From the NCBI GenBank assembly GCA_019306065.1, contig JAFDMF010000005.1, forward strand, positions 843 through 64,842: DNA of 64,000 nucleotides, given 5' to 3'. The notes under the pieces were generated by a model. That model saw only the letters and a program-made list of their open reading frames with translations, had not been told where the DNA came from and searched no databases. This document shows, piece by piece, positions 38,514 through 45,497 of the stretch. Position 1 is the stretch's first letter; the number at the start of each line of letters is the position of its first letter. The position numbers were made by a program, and so were the translations under genes. The DNA comes from Deltaproteobacteria bacterium (GTDB taxonomy: Bacteria > Desulfobacterota > Desulfobacteria > Desulfobacterales > JAFDMD01).

Positions 38514-38669
38514 ATGTCAAAACATTATCCCATCATAATCGAACAAGACACAGACGGTTTTTTTATAGTTACCTGTCCTTTTTTTAAAGGATGCCGAAGT
38601 TACGGCAAAACAATTGACGAGGCGATGGATAATATAAAAGAGGCTGTTGAGTTATGCGCCGAAGAGTAG
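38514..38669 (+). CDS. hicB: HicB-family antitoxin, shortened by an in-frame TAG (the frame continues to 38735)
   Basis: MSKHYPIIIEQDTDGFFIVTCPFFKGCRSYGKTIDEAMDNIKEAVELCAEE*. After the TAG the same frame reads DVDFYIQPSFIGIRDIEIAAV and ends in an ATGA overlap with hicA. Confidence 0.75.
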   Translation: MSKHYPIIIEQDTDGFFIVTCPFFKGCRSYGKTIDEAMDNIKEAVELCAEE

Positions 38670-38731
38670 GATGTCGATTTTTATATACAGCCGTCTTTTA
38701 TAGGTATCAGAGATATTGAGATAGCTGCCGT

Positions 38732-38962
38732 ATGACGCGATATCCGATTATATCTTTCAACAACTTGATTGCCGTAGCAAAAAAACTTGGTTTTCAACAA
38801 ACACGGCAAAAAGGTTCTCATATTCGTTTTATTCATCAAGACGGAAGAAAAATTACCATTCCTGATCATAGTAATAAAGATGTGCCTAAAGGTTTACTCT
38901 TTAAAATCATTAAATATGATCTTGAGTTAACTGCCGATGATTTTTTCAAACTTATCCGATAA
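38732..38962 (+). CDS. hicA: HicA-family mRNA interferase toxin
   Basis: The core LGFQQTRQKGSHIRFIHQDGRKITIPDH is the HicA (YcfA-like) signature. Confidence 0.85.
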   Translation: MTRYPIISFNNLIAVAKKLGFQQTRQKGSHIRFIHQDGRKITIPDHSNKDVPKGLLFKIIKYDLELTADDFFKLIR

Positions 38963-39006
38963 CATTTAAAAAATTAATATCAGACAATTATAACTAACTT
39001 AAAAAA

Positions 39007-39572
39007 ATGAAAAACAAAGCAAGACAATATAAATCCTCTACAATTAAAAGACTTCATACGTTATCTGGCAATCAATGCGCGGCGCCGGATTGCGAATGAA
39101 AAAGGACCCAGATTTAATCCGAATATGATAGATGAAGAAAGAAGACATTTTAATAACCTCATCCTGCTCTGCGACGAATGTCATGAAATTATAGATAATA
39201 AAGCAAATGAAAAAAATATCCTGTAGAGCTTTTAAGAGAGTGGAAAAAAAATCATGAAGGTAAACACAGTTAAATCGTTTAAATTCAAACCCTTCATTAT
39301 TGAAACTTACTATAAAGGCGATAATAGACGCTGATCTTGAAAATAACGAATATAAAAACGAGGAAACTTATGCGCCTTTTAAGAAAGAAAGCCTGCTAAG
39401 ATACATAAAAATATTATATAATAAATCAAAAGGGAAATATATTGAAAATTATGATAATCGAATCGAAGCAATCAAAACTAACGCCGATAATATAATAGAG
39501 GATATTGAAAACAACCTTCTTGAATCAATTAAAAAAAATAGTAAAATATATAAGCTTTCGCAATACCCATAA
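39007..39572 (+). pseudogene. HNH-nuclease effector of an ABC-three-component-like system, broken by frameshifts and an internal deletion
   Basis: Pieces lie in three frames: CAAPDCE*, then GPRFNPNM..NLILLCDECHEIIDN, then YPVELLREWKKNHE, then the 90-aa tail ORF 39300-39572. Confidence 0.55.
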
Positions 39573-39624
39573 TAATGGTTGACGCTTTTATGAGATGTAA
39601 AATATTAGAGGAGCCCATAAAAAA

Positions 39625-39855
39625 ATGATAATAGCAAAAGATATACATCCCGAAAAAAAAATATATTATCTCGGAGTTTCGGTTTTAAAAGAATTGAAAA
39701 ATTCCGATGAAAAAAAACTTGATTTTTTAAATATATACCGCGAACTAAATAAAAACAAAAAAATACCCATGCAGCTATTTATATTAACTTTGGATTGGTT
39801 ATTTCTTTTAGGAGCAATAGAGAGCGAAAAAGGTTACATAAAAAAATGTTTTTAA
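39625..39855 (+). CDS. Small 76-aa protein resembling an ABC-3C middle component
   Basis: Its size, its position between effector and ATPase, the 4-nt-scale overlap with the next ATG, and the C-terminal LTLDWLFLLGAIE..GYI pattern all fit. Confidence 0.5.
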   Translation: MIIAKDIHPEKKIYYLGVSVLKELKNSDEKKLDFLNIYRELNKNKKIPMQLFILTLDWLFLLGAIESEKGYIKKCF

Positions 39856-40100
39856 AAAGCCTTATAATAGAAAACAACAAAACAATAATAAGAGAAATCC
39901 TTTTTAATAAAGGAATAAATCTTATCGTAGATGAAACCCCTACAAAAGACAGAACAAAATCCGGAAATAATGTCGGTAAAACCACAGTATTAAGGCTTAT
40001 AGATTACTGTTTGGGAGGCGCCGGGAAAAATATATATCAATATCCCGAATTTAAAAACAGCTCCAACACCCGAATAGAAAAACTTTTTAAAATAGAATAA
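39846..40100 (+). pseudogene. N-terminal 85-codon stub of a DUF2326-type ABC/SMC-like ATPase (ABC-3C ATPase), truncated
   Basis: MFLKSLIIENNKTI..FNKGINLIVDE...GNNVGKTTVLRLIDYCLGG is a Walker A region. The ORF stops at 40100, far short of a full ATPase. Confidence 0.6.
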
Positions 40101-40122
40101 CAAATAAAAAAACAAAATTAAA

Positions 40123-40422
40123 ATGAATAACCAACTTAAAACAAACATAAAAAAAATCATAACAAACCAACTCGGAAACAAAGTTAAAATATTTCTTTTC
40201 GGTTCGAGAGCAGATAATACGCATACAAAACAATCCGATTATGATATAGGAATAATATCCAATACGCCGATTCCTTTTGATACAATGCAGCGCATCAAAG
40301 AAAATATAGACAAACTTCCTATATTACAGCAAATTGATATAATAGATTTCAAAAGAGTAAACGCCGATTTTTACAATAAAGTTTTATCAAGTGAAAACTC
40401 CGTTATTAAAGAATTGGTTTAA
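40123..40422 (+). CDS. Minimal nucleotidyltransferase (MNT-type antitoxin)
   Basis: FLFGSRADNTHTKQSDYDIGI is the GSx10-DxD nucleotidyltransferase motif. Confidence 0.8.
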   Translation: MNNQLKTNIKKIITNQLGNKVKIFLFGSRADNTHTKQSDYDIGIISNTPIPFDTMQRIKENIDKLPILQQIDIIDFKRVNADFYNKVLSSENSVIKELV

Positions 40423-40451
40423 ATTTTTTTTATTGGACAATATAAAAAGCG

Positions 40452-40479
40452 GTAGAGACGTTGCATGCAACGTCTCTAC
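40452..40479. repeat. PAL28 palindrome, perfect 28-bp copy GTAGAGACGTTGCATGCAACGTCTCTAC
   Basis: Perfect palindrome read directly from the sequence. It sits between the MNT and HEPN genes. Confidence 0.95.
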
Positions 40480-40587
40480 ATAATGCCAAATTTTTAGCCA
40501 ACTATGATTAAATTTTTTTTTCAACGCAGAAAACGGGTAAAATACAAAGTTAGACAGCGGAATTTAAATAGGGAAACAATATTATAA

Positions 40588-40983
40588 ATGGATATAGAGC
40601 AAAAACTTCAATACCTTTTAAACAGTTTCGATAAAGCTTGCAGGCAACTTGAAAAAGCTTTGGCTTTGCCCAAAGATGAATTCATTCGAGATTCCGCAAT
40701 ACAACGTTTTGAATTTACATTTGAATTATTTTGGAAAACCCTTAAAACATATTGCAACATACTCGGATTCAAAGCGGATTCTCCGAGAGCAAGCATAAAA
40801 CAATCCTTTAAAGCAGGAATAATCAAAGACAACCCAATCTATCTTGCTATGCTGCAAGTCAGAAACTTAACCGCCCATACTTACGAAGAAAAGCTTGCCG
40901 AAGAAATATATACAAAACTGCCTTCTTATTCAAAGGCAATGCAGGAGGCAATTGCAAACATTCGTAAAGATTTTTATGATTAA
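40588..40983 (+). CDS. HI0074-family nucleotidyltransferase substrate-binding protein (HEPN toxin partner)
   Basis: RDSAIQRFEFTFELFWKTLK and RNLTAHTY (the HEPN Rx4-6H motif). Confidence 0.85.
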   Translation: MDIEQKLQYLLNSFDKACRQLEKALALPKDEFIRDSAIQRFEFTFELFWKTLKTYCNILGFKADSPRASIKQSFKAGIIKDNPIYLAMLQVRNLTAHTYEEKLAEEIYTKLPSYSKAMQEAIANIRKDFYD

Positions 40984-41014
40984 GCAGTCATTCAAAAAAT
41001 AAAAAAGGTTAAAA

Positions 41015-41179
41015 ATGACAAAACATTATCCCATTATAATCGAACAAGACACAAACGGCTTTTTTATAGTTACCTGTCCTTTTTTTAAAGAATGCCGAAG
41101 TTATGGCAAAGCCATTGACGAGGCGACGGATAATATAAAAGAGGCTATTGAATTATGCGCGGCGGAATTCTCGAATTAA
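41015..41179 (+). CDS. hicB: Second HicB copy, with its 3' end fused to the last ~40 nt of a deleted hicA
   Basis: MTKHYPIIIEQDTNGFFIVTCPFFKECRSYGKAIDEATDNIKEAIELCAAEFSN*. By my hand count there are about 15 mismatches to copy 1 over 153 nt. The downstream CTCGAATTAACTGCCGATAATTTTTTTAAACTTATC matches the hicA tail at 38921-38958. Confidence 0.7.
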   Translation: MTKHYPIIIEQDTNGFFIVTCPFFKECRSYGKAIDEATDNIKEAIELCAAEFSN

Positions 41180-41244
41180 CTGCCGATAATTTTTTTAAAC
41201 TTATCTAACTAATCATAATGAGATTACGGGAGACACAAACTGCA

Positions 41245-42231
41245 ATGTTTGACGACAAAACAATATTAATAACCGGAGGCACAGGCTCCTTCGGAAGAAA
41301 ATGCACCCAAACAATCCTAAAACGCTACAAACCGAAAAAACTAATCATATTCAGCCGAGACGAACTAAAACAATTTGAAATGGCTCAAACATTTTCCGCC
41401 GATAAATATTCCTGCATAAGATACTTCATAGGAGACGTTCGAGACAAAGAACGCCTTTACCGAGCATTCTATAACGTAGACTACGTAATCCACGCGGCGG
41501 CATTAAAACAAGTTCCGGCAGCGGAATACAACCCCTTTGAAGCCGTAAAAACAAACATAATAGGCGCTCAAAACATAATAAACGTAGCAATAGATCAAAA
41601 AGTAAAAAAAGTTATAGCCCTAAGCACAGACAAAGCGGTTAATCCGATAAATCTATACGGGGCTACAAAATTATGCTCCGACAAACTATTTGTAAGCGCA
41701 AACGTTTATGTAGGAAAAGAACATACGATATTTTCGGTAGTCCGATACGGAAACGTAGTAGGAAGCAGAGGCAGCGTCATACCTTTTTTTATAAAGAAAA
41801 AAAATACTGGAACACTTCCCATTACAGATCCTCGTATGACACGCTTTTGGATTACGTTAAAACAAGGAGTGAATTTTGTTATCGAACGCTTCGAGCGAAT
41901 GGTAGGCGGCGAAATATTCGTTCCGAAAATACCCAGTATGAACATAATGGATCTGGCAAAAGCAATATCTCCGGAAGCAAAAACCGAAATAACAGGCATA
42001 AGACCCGGAGAAAAACTTGATGAAGTAATGATTTCAAAAGACGATTCCAGACACACCGTAGAATTTGACGACTACTACATAATAATGCCCGTTTTTCATT
42101 TTTTTGAAAAAAGATTCAACAACAAAAACAACAACTGCAAACCTGTTGAAGAAGGCTTCGAATACAACTCCGGCACAAACAAACAATGGCTTACGGTAGA
42201 ACAACTACAAGAAATGATAAAACAAATATGA
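41245..42231 (+). CDS. pseB: UDP-N-acetylglucosamine 4,6-dehydratase (inverting), PseB/FlaA1-type
   Basis: MFDDKTILITGGTGSFGRK..., the YGATKLCSDKL catalytic YxxxK, and polysaccharide-biosynthesis (CapD-like) short-chain dehydratase features. The ORF track starts 27 nt earlier, at 41218. Confidence 0.9.
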   Translation: MFDDKTILITGGTGSFGRKCTQTILKRYKPKKLIIFSRDELKQFEMAQTFSADKYSCIRYFIGDVRDKERLYRAFYNVDYVIHAAALKQVPAAEYNPFEAVKTNIIGAQNIINVAIDQKVKKVIALSTDKAVNPINLYGATKLCSDKLFVSANVYVGKEHTIFSVVRYGNVVGSRGSVIPFFIKKKNTGTLPITDPRMTRFWITLKQGVNFVIERFERMVGGEIFVPKIPSMNIMDLAKAISPEAKTEITGIRPGEKLDEVMISKDDSRHTVEFDDYYIIMPVFHFFEKRFNNKNNNCKPVEEGFEYNSGTNKQWLTVEQLQEMIKQI

Positions 42232-43385
42232 TCCCTTACGGAAAACAAAACATCTGCAAACAGGATATAGAAAAAGTTATCCAAATCCTCAATTCTAACA
42301 ACCTTACCCAAGGTCCTACCGTGTTAAAATTCGAACAGGCTTTGGCAAAACATTGCAAAGCAAAATATGCGGTTGCGGTTTCAAGCGGAACCGCCGCCTT
42401 ACATCTTGCTTATCTTGCCGCCGGCATCGGCAAAAACGATGCAATATGGACAACTCCCAATACATTTGCGGCAACGGCAAACGCCGCGCTTTACTGCGGG
42501 GCAAAACCCAATTTTATAGATATAAATCCCAACACCTACAACATATCCGTTGAAAAATTAGAAGAAAAACTTATACAAGCGGCAAAAAATAACAGCCTGC
42601 CACAAGCGGTTATCCCCGTTCATTTTGCAGGGCAGGCATGCGAAATGAAAAAAATAGCTCGGCTATCCCGCAAATACGGCTTTACAATAATAGAAGACGC
42701 CTCGCATGCCATAGGAACAAAATATAACGACGGCAAATATATAGGAGACTGCAAATATTCGAATATTACTACATTTTCTTTCCATCCCGTAAAAACAATA
42801 ACCACCGGAGAAGGCGGAGCCGCGCTTACAAACAATAAAAAAATATATAAAAAACTTCTAACGCTGCGCTCTCATGGAATTGTAAAAAACAGCAAAATGG
42901 CGGAAAAATACGGGCTATGGTATTATCAAATGCAACATCTCGGTTTCAATTACAGAATAACCGACATACAAGCAGCATTAGGGATTTCCCAGTTAAACAA
43001 ATTAAACAATTTTGTAGAAAAAAGAAAAAAAATCGTCCGGCAATACAACAACGCCTTCAAAAACATACCACACCTTACAATCCCCTACGAAAAAGAAAAA
43101 AAAAACACATCTTTTCATCTATATGTATTACAAATAGATTTTAAAAAAATAAAAAAAAGCCGAAAAACAGTAATGGAAAAACTATCTGCCCGAAACATAG
43201 CAACCCAAGTTCATTACATCCCCGTTTATAGGCATCCTTATTATAAAAAAAAGTTCGGATACAACTATAAAAACTATCCCGCAACCGAAAACTATTATAA
43301 AAAAGCGTTAAGCATACCCTTATATCCGGCAATGACAAACTCGCAAGTAGAGTATGTAATAGAAAAAATAACCGCTTTGTTTTAA
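42228..43385 (+). CDS. pseC: UDP-4-amino-4,6-dideoxy-N-acetyl-beta-L-altrosamine transaminase-like (DegT family), PseC-type
   Basis: MIPYGKQNICKQDIEKVIQIL is the typical PseC N-terminus. SSGTAALHLA, DASHAIG and SFHPVKTITTGEGG are present. The ATGA overlaps the pseB stop. Confidence 0.85.
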   Translation: MIPYGKQNICKQDIEKVIQILNSNNLTQGPTVLKFEQALAKHCKAKYAVAVSSGTAALHLAYLAAGIGKNDAIWTTPNTFAATANAALYCGAKPNFIDINPNTYNISVEKLEEKLIQAAKNNSLPQAVIPVHFAGQACEMKKIARLSRKYGFTIIEDASHAIGTKYNDGKYIGDCKYSNITTFSFHPVKTITTGEGGAALTNNKKIYKKLLTLRSHGIVKNSKMAEKYGLWYYQMQHLGFNYRITDIQAALGISQLNKLNNFVEKRKKIVRQYNNAFKNIPHLTIPYEKEKKNTSFHLYVLQIDFKKIKKSRKTVMEKLSARNIATQVHYIPVYRHPYYKKKFGYNYKNYPATENYYKKALSIPLYPAMTNSQVEYVIEKITALF

Positions 43386-43542
43386 ATAGTTGCTATCTTA
43401 ATCTATACATTAACGAATTTTTAATCCGCTTTATATATTTGGCGCAGATTTTGAATTTTTCATTGCTCTTTTATTTCTGTTTTTGTAATAGTTATACTAT
43501 TACAACGGCTTATAACAGAGCAAAAAAAAGGAGCAAAACAGA

Positions 43543-43836
43543 ATGAAATCCGTTGAAGAAATTAAAAATATTATTAGCTCGCAAAAACCGCTGTTAATTA
43601 AAAAGCATAAAATAAAAGAAATCGGAATATTCGGCTCGTATGTAAAGGGAGAGCAAAATAATAACAGCGATATAGATATTCTTGTAAGCTTTGAAGAATT
43701 TCCCGGACTTATTCAATTTATAAGCCTACAAGATGAATTAAGCCAATATCTGGACGCGAAAGTGGATTTGGTAACAAAAAGCGGTCTTAAACCGGAAATA
43801 GGCAAACATATTATAAATGAGGCGGTTTATCTGTGA
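43543..43836 (+). CDS. Nucleotidyltransferase-domain antitoxin (MntA-like)
   Basis: IGIFGSYVKGEQNNNSDIDILV is the GSx10-DxD motif. It shares a GTGA overlap with the next gene. Confidence 0.85.
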   Translation: MKSVEEIKNIISSQKPLLIKKHKIKEIGIFGSYVKGEQNNNSDIDILVSFEEFPGLIQFISLQDELSQYLDAKVDLVTKSGLKPEIGKHIINEAVYL

Positions 43837-44216
43837 TACGAGAATGTATTGATTTTATAAAAGATATAATTAAGTCTATTGAAGATGTTCAAATCTTTGT
43901 AACTGGCTTTAACTTTAATCGTTTCGGTCAAGACATAAAAACGGTTTATGCGGTAATCAGAGCTATCGAAATAATGGGCGAGGCTGTTAAACACATTCCT
44001 AATACAATCAAAAAAGAGCATTCTGATATTCCTTGGAAGCAGATCGCCGGAATGCGCGATAAATTAATTCACGAATATTTCGGCATAGATATGATGATTG
44101 TGTGGAAAACCGCAACTAAAGAGATTCCGAAACTTAAACCTCTGTTTTTACAGATACAGGATATGGAAATAACAAAAAAAAATCGGTTAAAAAAAATAAA
44201 CATACTTCAAGAATAA
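43833..44216 (+). CDS. DUF86 / HepT-like HEPN toxin
   Basis: The Rx4H context MRDKLIHEYFGID and the AIEIMGEAVKHIP helix are typical of DUF86. Confidence 0.85.
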   Translation: MIRECIDFIKDIIKSIEDVQIFVTGFNFNRFGQDIKTVYAVIRAIEIMGEAVKHIPNTIKKEHSDIPWKQIAGMRDKLIHEYFGIDMMIVWKTATKEIPKLKPLFLQIQDMEITKKNRLKKINILQE

Positions 44217-44685
44217 GGAGGCAATTATGCAAAGAGAATTTAAAACAAGATAAAAACCTTGTATTTGTTTTTAATGCCTTTTAAAGATTCCAATATGAAA
44301 AAATTGCATAATAAAGAAACGGAGTTGGAAACCGTTAAAAGAAAATTAGAAGATTATAATAAAAATCATAAGAAAGCCGAGGCGGATTATAACAAAGCAA
44401 CGGAAATAAATCCGAATCTATTTAAATAACGAAAGATTAAGGGCTAAATTAAATAAAAAAACCGCTGCGCAGATTGAAAACAATCGATAAATTTCAATAA
44501 CCTTTAATTACAAAACTGCGCCTATAGGTTTTAAAACCGTCAACCGCTTCAAACCCAAAACAAACCGTCTCAAACCTGCGAAGAACCATTTTAAGCTTGC
44601 AATAAGCAATCTCCCGCTTGCAACGATTTATTTCAATCTTGCGGCGTTACATTTAAGGTAAAATTATAATTGAAAGGAGAAAACA

Positions 44686-45303
44686 ATGAGTAAAAAAGTG
44701 CCTAGAAAAGAGGCGGAGCTTGTAGCTTTGGTAGAGGTTATGATAGGCGGATTAAAGGTAGACCCAAAAATATTTACAGACCCGCCTTTAACCTTCGAGC
44801 AGCTAACCAATGCCATAAACAAAATAAACCTTTCCGTAGACAAAGTGGCTCAAAAAAAATCGGATTATCATAAAGCGATTAAAGAGAAAAACGCAAACCT
44901 TAACGCCTTATACAATAATGCCCGCGAAATTGCGGAATATTGTTATAGAATCTCTAAAAATAATCAAGTTATTCTTGCAAAAGTCGGTTTAACCCCGCGA
45001 GCCGTAAAACAATCCGTAGAGTCGCCAGGACAATGCCGCAGTTTTACCGTAGTAAAACAGGAAATTGACAGCGCAACATTTAAATGGAAAGAGCCTATAG
45101 CAGGCGGGAAAATAAGAGCATACATAATACAGCGCAAAGAATCCGAAGCCCAGTCAGACACATGGATAAATCTATGGACGGAAATCGGCAAAGAAGCGGA
45201 AATAAAAGAACAGTCTACAGACAAAACCTTCGATTATAGAGTGCGCGCTCTTAATAGATCCGGAATAGGGGAGCAGAGCAATACGGTTACTTTAAAATTT
45301 TAA
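44686..45303 (+). CDS. Hypothetical protein with an N-terminal helical region and a C-terminal fibronectin type III domain
   Basis: The C-terminal ~90 aa (FTVVKQEIDSATFKWKEP..GGKIRAYIIQRK...FDYRVRALNRSGIGEQSNTV) follow the FN3 strand pattern. AAAGGAGA precedes the ATG. Confidence 0.6.
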   Translation: MSKKVPRKEAELVALVEVMIGGLKVDPKIFTDPPLTFEQLTNAINKINLSVDKVAQKKSDYHKAIKEKNANLNALYNNAREIAEYCYRISKNNQVILAKVGLTPRAVKQSVESPGQCRSFTVVKQEIDSATFKWKEPIAGGKIRAYIIQRKESEAQSDTWINLWTEIGKEAEIKEQSTDKTFDYRVRALNRSGIGEQSNTVTLKF

Positions 45304-45354
45304 AATAAAAAAATACCGTAAAAAGCAACATTATAAATTTGAAACAACAATATT

Positions 45355-45382
45355 GTAGAGACGTTGCATGCAACGTCTCTAC
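45355..45382. repeat. PAL28 palindrome, perfect 28-bp copy
   Basis: GTAGAGACGTTGCATGCAACGTCTCTAC, 51 nt after the stop of the FN3 gene. Confidence 0.95.
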
Positions 45383-45497
45383 CGCAATTAATAACTTGCA
45401 ATCTTCCCCTTTCTTCCTTTCCTCTCCATTTTCCCCTTGTAAACTCATCATAATTTTATTATTATCGTAGAAAAATAACCCATTTTACAGGTAAAAA

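Noticed and set aside
13164-38669. Stop-codon reassignment (TGA or TAG read as sense) as the explanation for the in-frame stops in the ATPase (13164) and hicB (38667).
   Set aside because: TGA and TAG both terminate well-defined genes at the expected positions elsewhere. TGA ends the hybrid kinase at 6005 and the saccharopine-dehydrogenase-like gene at 59031. TAG ends the acyl-CoA dehydrogenase at 8474 and the GlmS-like gene at 25972. The standard code fits.
44296-44430. A small ORF, MKKLHNKETELETVKRKLEDYNKNHKKAEADYNKATEINPNLFK*, with a TPR-like AEADYNKA.EINPN string.
   Set aside because: It covers a single partial TPR-like helix pair of 44 aa with no RBS. It is most likely a remnant and is not reportable as a gene.
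44576-44642. The CTTGC(A) repeats as sigma-54 (-12 TTGCA) promoter elements.
   Set aside because: None of the TTGC sites has a GG dinucleotide at the required -24 spacing. Three sites in exact 21-bp phase fit factor-binding sites better than promoters.
44659-44670. A perfect TATAAT at 44665-44670 as the -10 box of the FN3 gene promoter.
   Set aside because: It lies only about 15 nt before the ATG and directly abuts the AAAGGAGA ribosome-binding site. A transcript starting there would lack the RBS. The best -35-like hexamer is 20 nt away. I am not confident enough to call a promoter.
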